A stretch of DNA of 64,000 bases from Prochlorococcus sp. AG-347-L21 (GTDB lineage: Bacteria > Cyanobacteriota > Cyanobacteriia > PCC-6307 > Cyanobiaceae). The stretch covers positions 54,409 to 118,408 of the forward strand of contig QCCQ01000001.1 of NCBI GenBank assembly GCA_003278875.1, given 5' to 3'. The notes below the pieces were generated by a model. It saw only the letters and a list, made by a program, of their open reading frames with translations, was not told the origin of the DNA and searched no databases. Made by a program: the position numbers and the translations under genes. Shown here in pieces: positions 8,515 to 17,773 of this stretch. The stretch's first letter is position 1. The number at the start of each line of letters is the position of its first letter.

Positions 8515-9537
8515 TTAGAAAGAAATGCCCGATGCATTTAGAAAATCTTTATAAATATTTTGCCAGTGTATAATCCTTTGTTCAAGTCTATTAGGCGGAC
8601 CAAGTTTAAAATTTTCGAGATAAGACTTATGAACTGATTCGACAATAACTTTATCTTCTCCAAGAAATTCTAATATACTTTTTTTCCAATTTTCTAAATC
8701 ATTTTTACATAAAGAAGCAGAGGCTAATTTAATTTCAATAATACACTGACCAATATTTTTAGGAAGATAATTTATTAAAACAATCCCTTTACCAGGCCAG
8801 ATTATTAGATGGGTCCATGGGAGTAATCCAAAGGTATATAGATTTCCTTCACTACTAAGAGGAGTAACAAGTACATTACAAAATTCACTGAAGAAATACC
8901 TGTAGTTTTTAATTGGACCTTGTTCTTTATGTAGGGTATCTTTATGAGCTATTGCTACATGATAATCGTCAAGTGTATTGTCATGGGCAATTTTCCAATT
9001 GCAATTTAAGGTATCAGAAAATTCAGAAAAAATACTGTAATTCATATCCCATTGATCATTACATTTTCTCCCAACAAGCGCAATTTGATCATCTATAGAT
9101 ATTGGGTTGTTGCTGAAATTAATCCAAATTAAAGGTCCATTTATTAAAGAGTTAACTTTTTCTAAAAAATAATTCTCTGTTTCTATTTTTGTTTCAAAAT
9201 TGTACTTTAATGGCAAGGTTTTAAGTTTGCCAAAACTATCAAAAGTCCAGCCATGGTAGGGACAAAAAATATTTTTAGAAGGATTTAATTTTGTTTTTGG
9301 CAAACACAATTTTGACCCACGATGAGGGCATCTATTTTTGAAAACAGTTATTAAGTTTTTTTCTGAACAAGAGATTAATAATGATTGATTAAATAATTTT
9401 TTTTCCAATATTTCGCCAGGTTTAATTTCTCCTATGAAAATCAATGGGTGCCAATAATTTTTTGAATAGTTTTCTAATTCAAGTTCAAAAATTTTTTGTT
9501 CGCTATAAAGCCAAGTAGGCAAAAAACTTGTTGACAT
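8515..9537 (-). CDS. Rieske non-heme iron oxygenase alpha subunit
   Basis: Rieske ligands CPHRG and CPYHGW; mononuclear Fe site NWK...DN.LD.YH....H plus C-terminal ED. Confidence 0.9.
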   Translation of the reverse strand: MSTSFLPTWLYSEQKIFELELENYSKNYWHPLIFIGEIKPGEILEKKLFNQSLLISCSEKNLITVFKNRCPHRGSKLCLPKTKLNPSKNIFCPYHGWTFDSFGKLKTLPLKYNFETKIETENYFLEKVNSLINGPLIWINFSNNPISIDDQIALVGRKCNDQWDMNYSIFSEFSDTLNCNWKIAHDNTLDDYHVAIAHKDTLHKEQGPIKNYRYFFSEFCNVLVTPLSSEGNLYTFGLLPWTHLIIWPGKGIVLINYLPKNIGQCIIEIKLASASLCKNDLENWKKSILEFLGEDKVIVESVHKSYLENFKLGPPNRLEQRIIHWQNIYKDFLNASGISF

Positions 9538-9540
9538 TAT

Positions 9541-10302
9541 TTATTTTTGTTGGAGGCCTCTTAAAAAATCAGATAACTCATATCTTAATTTTGCAAAATC
9601 AGAATCAAGTTTCAATTTATCTAAATCTCCTTTTTGTAGATCTACCTTAACTTCTTTTATGATTCTTCCAGGATTAGGGGCCAAAATACATATTTGCTGA
9701 GAGAGAGCTAATGCTTCTTCAATATCATGGGTTATAAGTAAAACTGTCAATGAAGTTTTTTTCCATAATTCATAGAGAAATTTCTGCATAGATTCTCTTA
9801 TCTGTAAATCTAAGGCTCCAAAAGGTTCATCTAAAAGTAAAATTTTAGGGTTAGTCGCTAGAGCTCTTGCTATTGCAACCCTTTGTTGCATTCCTCCAGA
9901 TAATTCTTTTGGATACTTATTTCCCGAATCCTGAAGACCTACTACTTCTAATAAATAAGATGTCCTATATTTTATTTCTTTCAACTTATAAGAATTTAAA
10001 TTCATTCCAAAGGCAATATTCTCAGATGCTGTGAGCCAAGGGAAAAGACTATATTTCTGAAAAACCATTCCTCTATCCAATCCTGGTCCACTAACTATTT
10101 TTCCATCTACTTTTACGTTCCCTTTAGATGGACTCTCAAGCCCAGCAATAATCCTCAATATAGTACTTTTACCTGATCCAGAGCTCCCAACAAGAGTTTT
10201 AAATTCGCCAGAACTTATTGAAAAGCTTATTCCCTCAATTGCCTTTTTTCTATTTGAACCTTCCCCAAAATATTTTGAAATATTATTAACATCTAATTTC
10301 AT
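9541..10302 (-). CDS. ABC transporter ATP-binding subunit (NitT/TauT type; guanidine cluster)
   Basis: GSSGSGKST, LSGGMQQR, LLLDEPFGALD, ITHD. Confidence 0.95.
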   Translation of the reverse strand: MKLDVNNISKYFGEGSNRKKAIEGISFSISSGEFKTLVGSSGSGKSTILRIIAGLESPSKGNVKVDGKIVSGPGLDRGMVFQKYSLFPWLTASENIAFGMNLNSYKLKEIKYRTSYLLEVVGLQDSGNKYPKELSGGMQQRVAIARALATNPKILLLDEPFGALDLQIRESMQKFLYELWKKTSLTVLLITHDIEEALALSQQICILAPNPGRIIKEVKVDLQKGDLDKLKLDSDFAKLRYELSDFLRGLQQK

Positions 10303-11121
10303 TTAAACAGCCCATTTACATGTACGTCTAAGTAGCAATCTAAAACTCATATCCAAAGCAAATCCTATTAATCCAAGAACTATTAATTCTGCAAATATTT
10401 GATCTGTGCGAAAAAATCTTTGAGCCAGTTGAATCCTTTTACCTAAACCAACTTCTGCTGCAATTAACTCGGCAACGATTACTAAATTCCATGAAGTTGC
10501 AATATTAATTCTTAAAGTATCTATAATACTTGGCAATGAATATCTGGCTATTACTCTGATCAATAAATCTTTTGTATTACCTCCTAAAGTAAGCGTTGTT
10601 TCAATGAGTTCTTTGGGTACAAATTTTACTGAATCCATAACCATCAAAACATTAAAGTAAACGGTACCAATGAAAATTAATGCGATTTTTGGAGCCTCTT
10701 CAATTCCTAAATAAATAATAAGTAAAGGAGAAAAAGCAGCGGCAGGCATATACCTAAGCATCGCAATTAATGGTTCACATAACGCACAAAAAGAAGGGAA
10801 AGAACCCATTAAAATTCCTAAAGGAATTGAAAAAATTGTTGCAATTATAAAACCAGCAAATACCCTACCAGTACTTGCAAAAATATCTTCAAATAATATT
10901 CCACTTTCAGCCATATCCAAAAGAGAATAAAAGACAGCTAAAGGTGATGGTAAAAACATTTCACTTACAAGTTTTAATTGACAAACTAATGTCCAAATTA
11001 AAAGTGGAAGCAAAAGTGAGGCTATTTGAAGAAATATTTTATTTAATTTTTTCGGTTCACTACCAAATGAAAAGAGGGATAAAAAATATTTATCCCTCTT
11101 GATTAATTTCGAACTAACCAT
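10303..11121 (-). CDS. ABC transporter permease (NitT/TauT type)
   Basis: Multiple TM helices, LPSP..V, EAA-like loop ELIETTLTLGG, W..VIVAELI. Confidence 0.93.
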   Translation of the reverse strand: MVSSKLIKRDKYFLSLFSFGSEPKKLNKIFLQIASLLLPLLIWTLVCQLKLVSEMFLPSPLAVFYSLLDMAESGILFEDIFASTGRVFAGFIIATIFSIPLGILMGSFPSFCALCEPLIAMLRYMPAAAFSPLLIIYLGIEEAPKIALIFIGTVYFNVLMVMDSVKFVPKELIETTLTLGGNTKDLLIRVIARYSLPSIIDTLRINIATSWNLVIVAELIAAEVGLGKRIQLAQRFFRTDQIFAELIVLGLIGFALDMSFRLLLRRTCKWAV

Positions 11122-11137
11122 TTTAATTTTGTATTAA

Positions 11138-12136
11138 TTAACTGATGTTTTTAACGAACGAAGAGTCAAATAATTTACTCATATCTGGTTTTTCAGGAAT
11201 AAATCCTACCCTTACCATAAAGTCTGCCATTTGTTTCGCTGCATAAGGCATATATTTCATACCGAACCCATCACTAAAAGCTTCTAAATTTTCTTCTAAA
11301 GAAAAGAACCTAGTTCCACCTTTATATTGTTTGTATTCGCGTGTTGGGATCCCAGCTCGCTTTGCCATAATCTTTTCAGATTTTCTTGGATTTTTTTCCA
11401 TGAATTCTCTTACATCCCACCATGTTTTAACAATTTTTTGAACATCATCTGGTCTTTCAGAAATCAAATCTCCGCTTACTGCTAATAAATCAGGGATTGC
11501 ACCTGGATAATCTTTTGAACTAGCAATAACTCTTGCTCCAGGCCTCTTCATCGCAGTTCCTGTAAATGGAGGGAATGCACCAACTGCATCAACTTTTCCC
11601 GCTGCGAAAGCTGTTGCAGCCTGATCAGTTGGAAGACCTTTAATAATTACATCATCTCGAGTTAATCCAACATCATTCAGAGCTAAAACAAGTAAAAAAT
11701 CATCCACAACTCCTTCTTCTACTGCTACTGTTTTACCTTTTAAATCAGCAACACTTTTAATTGATTTATCTGCAATTATTTGGTCATTCCCCGCAGAATT
11801 ATCATTAACTAAAACAACTACTTCCCCTCCATTTTCTCCTGGTAAGAACGAAATAGTATCATTAAGTGTCTGCGAATTTCCATCAATTTTACCAGCGGCA
11901 AAAGTTTCCATGGATTGAACATACCCATCAAACCATTTCATCTGAACATTAACTCCATTTTTTTCAAACATTTTTTGATCAACTGCTATCGCCCAGGGCC
12001 ACCATCCTGCCCAGTTACTGTATCCCAAAGTGATTGGTTCACCTTTTGGAGATGCAGGACTTGATAGTGTACTTAATGAAATCGCTAATATTAGAGCCAG
12101 CAAAGAGGCAACAAAGACTCTCAATTTTTTAAACAT
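11138..12136 (-). CDS. ABC substrate-binding protein (SsuA/NMT1-like; probable guanidine binding)
   Basis: Signal peptide; GYSNWAGWWPWAIA, DNSAGND, DLKGK.VAVE; adjacent to gdmH-hypA-hypB. Confidence 0.9.
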   Translation of the reverse strand: MFKKLRVFVASLLALILAISLSTLSSPASPKGEPITLGYSNWAGWWPWAIAVDQKMFEKNGVNVQMKWFDGYVQSMETFAAGKIDGNSQTLNDTISFLPGENGGEVVVLVNDNSAGNDQIIADKSIKSVADLKGKTVAVEEGVVDDFLLVLALNDVGLTRDDVIIKGLPTDQAATAFAAGKVDAVGAFPPFTGTAMKRPGARVIASSKDYPGAIPDLLAVSGDLISERPDDVQKIVKTWWDVREFMEKNPRKSEKIMAKRAGIPTREYKQYKGGTRFFSLEENLEAFSDGFGMKYMPYAAKQMADFMVRVGFIPEKPDMSKLFDSSFVKNIS

Positions 12137-12190
12137 TTTTGAAAAAAATATTACGTACTATCAATACTCAAGAAAAAGCAAATCTAAAGT

Positions 12191-12206
12191 TGTAATGACT
12201 GATACT
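12191..12206 (-). promoter_or_regulatory. NtcA box upstream of ABC substrate-binding gene
   Basis: GTA-ATGACTGA-TAC at 12192-12205, 55 bp upstream of ATG 12136; weak -10-like GAGTAT 22 nt downstream on the minus strand. Confidence 0.7.
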
Positions 12207-12235
12207 TTTAAGAGATAAATCTTACTTGATCAATA

Positions 12236-12919
12236 TTAATTATTTTTAAATTTGAGAATCATTTTACTAATCCAATTTTGCCATAAATCGAATCCAGACT
12301 TGGTTATTGAAGAAATTTCTATCACATCTGCCTTAGGGTTAGTTGAAGCTATGTTCGATTTTAATTCGTTAATATCAAAATTCAAATGTGGTAACAAATC
12401 AACTTTAGTTATCAAAATTAAATCTGCCTCTCTAAACATTATAGGATATTTTAAAGGTTTATCCTCACCTTCGGTAATACTTAAAAGTGCAACTTTAAAA
12501 TGTTCTCCAATCTCAAATTCTGCAGGACAAACTAAATTTCCTACATTTTCCACTAACAAAATATCTAGTAAATCAGGATTTATTTTTTTCTCAAGTAACT
12601 TCAAACCTCCACTAACCATATTTGCATCGAGATGGCATGCTCTTCCAGTTGTAATTGGTACTACTGGAATATTTAATTTTTCTAATCTTGCCGCATCAAG
12701 ATTAGTGGTCATATCACCCTCTAGAACAGCACTGTGAAATTTTTTTGAAAGATCTTCTAAAGTTATTTCAAGTAATCTCGTTTTTCCTGCACCAGGACTA
12801 CTCATTATGTTCAAGCAAAGCAAATTATAATTATTAAACTTAACTTTATTTTTCTCAGCTTGATGACTATTTTGATGAAGAATATTTAATTCAATTTTGT
12901 CTGAAATTGGTAAATGCAT
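12236..12919 (-). CDS. hypB: Nickel-insertion GTPase HypB/GhaB
   Basis: SSPGAGKT, TG..CHLDA, ENVGNLVCPA.F..GE, EG.DKP.KYP, TKVDL. Confidence 0.95.
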   Translation of the reverse strand: MHLPISDKIELNILHQNSHQAEKNKVKFNNYNLLCLNIMSSPGAGKTRLLEITLEDLSKKFHSAVLEGDMTTNLDAARLEKLNIPVVPITTGRACHLDANMVSGGLKLLEKKINPDLLDILLVENVGNLVCPAEFEIGEHFKVALLSITEGEDKPLKYPIMFREADLILITKVDLLPHLNFDINELKSNIASTNPKADVIEISSITKSGFDLWQNWISKMILKFKNN

Positions 12920-12959
12920 TTATATTTGAAAATACTTTTTTATTCTAGATACTAAATTT

Positions 12960-13316
12960 CTACTTTTCTTTAAAATCAATAGATGCGATTTTTAATTCCC
13001 TCCCACTAATAATTTCCTCTAAATTAAAATTGCAACATGGAGATTTATATCCATTCTCTTTCTTTGGAAAATAAAGTCTACTGCATTTAGAGCATTTCCC
13101 TTCAAAAGGTATTGTCTCAATTGTAATCTCAGAGGAATCTAACCAAGAACCTAAGACTGCAGCATTAAAAGTATTAATTAATGATATTGGTTCTACGCAA
13201 GTAAATTCGCCAATCTTAAGATTAATCTTTTCAACAACTATTTTTTTTTTATTTTTTTTCTCTGCCCACTCTTCCATGGAAAGAATAAGGCATTTTGTCA
13301 TATCTACTTCATGCAC
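12960..13316 (-). CDS. hypA: Nickel metallochaperone HypA/GhaA
   Basis: N-terminal MHE, C..C and SPCC, GREL.I..I. Confidence 0.93.
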   Translation of the reverse strand: MHEVDMTKCLILSMEEWAEKKNKKKIVVEKINLKIGEFTCVEPISLINTFNAAVLGSWLDSSEITIETIPFEGKCSKCSRLYFPKKENGYKSPCCNFNLEEIISGRELKIASIDFKEK

Positions 13317-13322
13317 GAAAAT

Positions 13323-14513
13323 CTATCTCCATTTTTGATCAACTGACATATTGCATTTATCTGAAATCCATTCTGGTTTAGATTTTCTTGGAAGCTGACC
13401 ACTTACTACAAGATGTGCAATTGAATCACAAATAACTCTAGTAGCTAATAGAGCTGTCATATCGCTTACATCATATGGAGGCGAAACCTCAACAAGCTCA
13501 ATTCCACAAACATTAACTTTTCTGATAATGTACTCCAAAAGTTTTAATGCCTCTCGAGGTAATAAACCCCCAGGTTCAGGCCAACCAGTTCCAGGGACAA
13601 ATCCAGCATCAATACAATCAATATCAAAAGAAATATATACACAGTCAGTTCCATCCGTAGCTTTTTCAATCGCAAAATCAGCGGCCTCTTTTAATCCCAT
13701 TTCACAGATATCAGTAACTGTTAAAACATTTGTACTTCGTTCCCTGCAAATTTTCACTCCTTCTCTTGGTACTTGCCAACCTCCAATTCCTAATTGAACA
13801 AGATTTTTTGCAGGTGCATTTTTCATATTAGTTGCATGAAACCATGGACAGGTATGCATTCTTTCATCTAAATCTGTTTCTTGAGTATCTACATGTCTAT
13901 CAAAGTGAATGATCCCTACTTTTTTATCTCCTAAGTGGCGACAAACTCCTCTAACTGTTGGAAAACCTATTGAATGATCTCCACCTAAAATAATTGGAAA
14001 TGCACCACTAGCAAAAATATGAGCAACCCCCTTTGAAATTTGATCAAAACTTTTTTCATTATTAGCTGGAATTGTAAAAATATCTCCTACATCACAAATA
14101 GATATCTGCTCTCTCAGATCAACTCCCATTTCGTAATTGTAAGGAGTATAGAGAGCAGATATTTTTCTTATTCCTTGCGGTCCGAATCTTGTCCCTGGTC
14201 TATAAGTAGTTCCAGAATCATGGGGAACACCAACGATCGCAACATCATAATTTCCCACTTCATTTACATTTTCAACATATGGAGCTTTCATGAAAGTATT
14301 GATACCTGCAAAATGGGGTAATTCTCCTCTTGAAAATGTAGATATATTTCTATCGACAATACTTTTTGCTCCTTCTAAACCATATTCCTTTGCTCTGGCA
14401 ACCTCAGTTTCCCATCCTTTCAAAGGTAATTTTGATTCTTTTTCTAAAGCATCCATTCCTTCACTGGGATGCTTCCTTATAAAGTTTTGATTTTTAGATG
14501 ATTCAGTAGTCAC
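13323..14513 (-). CDS. gdmH: Ni-dependent guanidine hydrolase (ureohydrolase family)
   Basis: GGDHS, HFDRHVDTQETDLDERMHTCPWFH, SFDIDCID..GTGWPEPGG; long N-terminal extension (SIVDR.ISTFSRGELPHFAG) and hypA/hypB neighbours as in Synechocystis Sll1077 GdmH; GTG start. Confidence 0.88.
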   Translation of the reverse strand: MTTESSKNQNFIRKHPSEGMDALEKESKLPLKGWETEVARAKEYGLEGAKSIVDRNISTFSRGELPHFAGINTFMKAPYVENVNEVGNYDVAIVGVPHDSGTTYRPGTRFGPQGIRKISALYTPYNYEMGVDLREQISICDVGDIFTIPANNEKSFDQISKGVAHIFASGAFPIILGGDHSIGFPTVRGVCRHLGDKKVGIIHFDRHVDTQETDLDERMHTCPWFHATNMKNAPAKNLVQLGIGGWQVPREGVKICRERSTNVLTVTDICEMGLKEAADFAIEKATDGTDCVYISFDIDCIDAGFVPGTGWPEPGGLLPREALKLLEYIIRKVNVCGIELVEVSPPYDVSDMTALLATRVICDSIAHLVVSGQLPRKSKPEWISDKCNMSVDQKWR

Positions 14514-14645
14514 AAATTGAAAATTATTTTTACACTTATTTCAATTTTGTCAATAAAAATAAAAATGAACCATAAACTTGCTTTAAAAGATTCTCATTTA
14601 AACATTGTTAAATAACTATTCGCAAAAATAAAATTCAAAACTCTA

Positions 14646-14665
14646 TTAAAAAAGCCAGCTGGCTT
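14646..14665 (-). terminator. 14-bp perfect palindrome AAGCCAGCTGGCTT with U-run (terminator or operator)
   Basis: Only GC-rich element in the gdmH upstream region; followed by TTTT on the minus strand. Confidence 0.4.
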
Positions 14666-15060
14666 AATTAAAAAAGTATTTAAAATATTTAATAACGTAA
14701 TAAATGATAGAGAAGTAATAAGTTAAAAAGTATTAGATATTTTATTTTTCATATTTTCAATTTTATTGATTAATTCATCTAACCATTCTGTATTATTTTG
14801 CTCTTGTCTTTTATGGCTTTGACTTTTTTGAGTACTCATAAATTTTTTACATTTATAATTTATTTAATATATCTTCAGAAATTAAAGGAATCAATAAGCA
14901 ATATTACCAAATCGATTGATAAAACAAGCTTTAGTAGCATTTCATACAAACCTAAGCATCACAAATTAACTAAGAAAATCTAAATCTCTTCAGTTAAGTA
15001 TTTTCTACGATGTTTTTATTTGAAATTCTGATTTGAATTAGTAAAGGTATAAATGTTCCT

Positions 15061-15168
15061 ATGGAAAAATCATTTCTGAATTTTATTTATTGGATCCTAT
15101 TAAAGTCAGCTGAAAGTTACTATGGAGATTCATTAAAAACAGAAGTACCTTATACACCTTATTTTTAG
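15061..15168 (+). CDS. 35-aa microprotein
   Basis: MEKSFLNFIYWILLKSAESYYGDSLKTEVPYTPYF. Confidence 0.4.
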   Translation: MEKSFLNFIYWILLKSAESYYGDSLKTEVPYTPYF

Positions 15169-15472
15169 TTTTGGTAGACCTTAACTTTTAATATTAGATT
15201 TCTATTTTGAGAGTTATTAGTTAGGAATTAATTTTTTAAAAAAACACAATATAGGTTTACTTATAGATTCATTACAAAATAATCTCTTACGATGAATTTA
15301 TTTTACTGATTATAAATAAATTTTATCAGTGAGGATCGTTCCAAAATTAACTAAAACTATAATTCGAAGAAGTAGCTCAATTGCAAGGTTGGTCATAAGA
15401 TTACCCTACTTAAATTTATATAAAAACCTTAAAATGGCAGAGTAGTAATTGAATAAATTTTAAATTCCAATT

Positions 15473-15637
15473 TTAGCCATCTAGATTCTTTGGTACTGGA
15501 CTAGGTTCACAATTTTCGACGCATTCTTCTAAAGACTTTTCAGAATTACTCTTAATTTCGCAACTACGAAGACAATCATAGAAGGCATACTTGGGATCTA
15601 ATTCATTTTTGAATTGTTTATTTCTAAATGTATTCAT
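15473..15637 (-). CDS. 54-aa twin CxxxC microprotein
   Basis: AGGGAG RBS; MNTFRNKQFKNELDPKYAFYDCLRSCEIKSNSEKSLEECVENCEPSPVPKNLDG. Confidence 0.7.
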   Translation of the reverse strand: MNTFRNKQFKNELDPKYAFYDCLRSCEIKSNSEKSLEECVENCEPSPVPKNLDG

Positions 15638-15639
15638 GA

Positions 15640-15747
15640 TCAAACTCCCTTTGATTTTTTTTCAAGTTGATTAATTAATTTATCCAACCAAAGAGTGTTA
15701 TTGATCTTTTTTGTGTTTTTAAAGTATTTCGTTTTGTAAGTACTCAT
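15640..15747 (-). CDS. 35-aa basic microprotein
   Basis: GGAGG RBS; MSTYKTKYFKNTKKINNTLWLDKLINQLEKKSKGV; ends 2 nt before the next ATG. Confidence 0.6.
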   Translation of the reverse strand: MSTYKTKYFKNTKKINNTLWLDKLINQLEKKSKGV

Positions 15748-15937
15748 GAAGTGAAACCTCCAATCATTGGATCTAATTTAAAGGTGATTATTCAAACTTC
15801 CTAGAGCAAAAATACTGATTATGAATTTAGTGAAATATTTTAAAAAAGATTAATTTATAGTTTGTATTTTAGTTATTAAGACTCTTGATTCTTGAATATA
15901 ACTAATACTAAATAACTTCTAAAAAACGTGGTTAATT

Positions 15938-16108
15938 ATGACTTACGGAAATCTAATTAAAAATAAAATTGAACATGCATTGGGTGGTTTTTTTGATACG
16001 TTATCAATTGAGATAAAACTAACTGATGCTCAAATGGAATGTATGCAATTCGGAATTTGTGATTATGCTCCAAGACAAGTTGAGGAAGTTCCTTTTTTTC
16101 ATTTTTAA
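15938..16108 (+). CDS. 56-aa hypothetical protein
   Basis: MTYGNLIKNKIEHALGGFFDTLSIEIKLTDAQMECMQFGICDYAPRQVEEVPFFHF. Confidence 0.6.
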   Translation: MTYGNLIKNKIEHALGGFFDTLSIEIKLTDAQMECMQFGICDYAPRQVEEVPFFHF

Positions 16109-16132
16109 TTTGAAATTATTAACGGAGAGCAA

Positions 16133-16447
16133 TTAGCTCCTCCTCACCCAATCAGGAGATCCACTAAACCAATCAGCAAGATCATCATTTTGGGGGTCGA
16201 AATGATTTTCAGTTTCTAAACCATCAAGGCCAAGATTCTGGATAAGTCCATTGATTCCATCCGATTTTTGCTTACCATATCTCCTCAAGCTATTAGCTTT
16301 CTTAAGCCATGTCCATATAGTTGAATTATGTTTTGCGAACTTTTCTACATAAATTCTTTCTTCCAATGCGACAGGTTCATCAAGTGAAATCCTCTTAACA
16401 ATATCCTTAATTTTTAAACGAGTCTTGTTGGTTAGGAACATATTCAT
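16133..16447 (-). CDS. Conserved picocyanobacterial hypothetical protein
   Basis: RL.I..I..RI...V.LEERI, W.WL.KA and DDLADWFSGSPDWVRRS pattern. Confidence 0.8.
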   Translation of the reverse strand: MNMFLTNKTRLKIKDIVKRISLDEPVALEERIYVEKFAKHNSTIWTWLKKANSLRRYGKQKSDGINGLIQNLGLDGLETENHFDPQNDDLADWFSGSPDWVRRS

Positions 16448-16826
16448 AAAAGAAGTTAATGTTTTATAAAAGTTTTTTTTATGAATGTCTTGTCAATCTT
16501 TATTTCAAGAAAAAGTATTATTTAGGAGCTTTTCAAGGACAAATATATTTATTCAACAACAGGTATATTCAATTGGTAAAAAAGACTACTTAATTTGATT
16601 TATATAACTTATATAAATACTAGTTCCATATAAGTTTCTCTACATAATTTAAGATTTAATTTATAAAAAGAATAATAAAAAATTTACACTAATAGTCTAT
16701 TTAAGATTTGAGCGCTAGCTCCTTATAAAAGATTTATACAAAAACATAAAAAGTTAAATCAAGTACTGACAGATATATAAAAAATAAATACTATGAGTCT
16801 AAATAATTTTATAGAAATTCAAATTC

Positions 16827-17252
16827 ATGATTAAGAATTTATTCATCTCATTAGTTTTTGCATTAATGCTTATCAATCCAAGCATTTCTATAGCTGCAGA
16901 ATCTCCTGTTGATGTACAAGAAATCTTCACCTCTTCAGAAAACATTGATGGAGATAATTTTAACTATCCAAAAGGAAAAGCTGAAATGCGTTTGATTAGA
17001 GTAGAAGTTGAAAATGGAGCAACTATACCAATGCATTCGCATCCTGTACCTTTACTAGGTCATATTGAAAGTGGGGAATTAACGCTTGCTGAAAAGACAG
17101 GTATTAGTAAAACCTTTAAGGAAGGAGATTCATTTGTTCTCTCAGCAAATACTCCTGCTCATACAATGGCTAATAGTGGCAATTCTTCAGCGGTTATGTG
17201 GGTTGCTGTGGCTTCAGCAGAAGGTGTACCTACTTTGAATCCTGAAGAATAA
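16827..17252 (+). CDS. Secreted cupin-domain protein
   Basis: Signal peptide; P.H.HP...G.I..GEL, GDSF and H motifs. Confidence 0.85.
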   Translation: MIKNLFISLVFALMLINPSISIAAESPVDVQEIFTSSENIDGDNFNYPKGKAEMRLIRVEVENGATIPMHSHPVPLLGHIESGELTLAEKTGISKTFKEGDSFVLSANTPAHTMANSGNSSAVMWVAVASAEGVPTLNPEE

Positions 17253-17260
17253 ATCAACCT

Positions 17261-17303
17261 AATTAACAGTCGATCACAAGGGGCTAAATTAGCCCCTTTT
17301 TTA
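17261..17303 (+). terminator. ACAGTCGATC repeat plus intrinsic terminator
   Basis: AAGGGGCTAA..TAGCCCCTT-TTT directly after the cupin stop. Confidence 0.8.
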
Positions 17304-17511
17304 TTTTTTTCACGTTACTTCGAACATACTTAAGTGGAGAAAAAAAACTTAAAGAATTCAAATCTACCATCAGAGATAAAATTAATAAATCTTTAAAAGG
17401 TTCATTAGAAAACCGGCTCTCGCCTCAACCGATTCAAAAGCTTCTTAAATAATCCTAAAATAGTATTTAAAAATATTATTCAAATTGAGGTTTTAAAAAT
17501 TCAATTTTTTG

Positions 17512-17646
17512 CACTTTTCTAATTATCACCTTTAATGGATAATACTCTTAGAAGTGAAAGGATAAAGCTAAGCCATTCACACCTAGTCCATACTTTTAGA
17601 GATTGACAGTTGATCAAACATGAGATGAAACTTGCTCGTTTTTTTA
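17512..17646 (+). repeat. att-like module copy 1
   Basis: CACTTTTCTAA..TTTAATGGATAAT (17512-17543), tandem CATTCACAC-CT-AGTCCATAC (17574-17593), GATTGACAGTTGATC (17601-17615), hairpin plus T-run. Confidence 0.65.
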
Positions 17647-17773
17647 ATTTTTAATACTAAACCAACATATTAAATAAGGAGAGAAATTTTAGTTATGAAA
17701 ATTCCTTTTTTCTGGTACCTAAAGTGTTGTCTTTTTAAATTTTTTCATTTATTATTTCTAAAAAATAATACAA

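Noticed and set aside
9541-12136. Nitrate or cyanate ABC transporter
   Set aside because: The SBP is the short SsuA/NMT1 type, there are no nar/nir/cynS neighbours, and the context points to guanidine.
12236-13316. hypA/hypB as evidence of a hydrogenase
   Set aside because: No hydrogenase or hypCDEF genes in the window; adjacency to a GdmH-type ureohydrolase explains them as Ni chaperones.
13323-14513. Plain agmatinase (speB) call
   Set aside because: The DRHVD variant, N-terminal extension and Ni-chaperone/ABC context fit guanidine hydrolase better.
14697-14710. GTA-N8-TAG upstream of gdmH
   Set aside because: One mismatch, lacks the TGTA/TACA flanks, ~185 bp from the start in very AT-rich DNA; likely chance.
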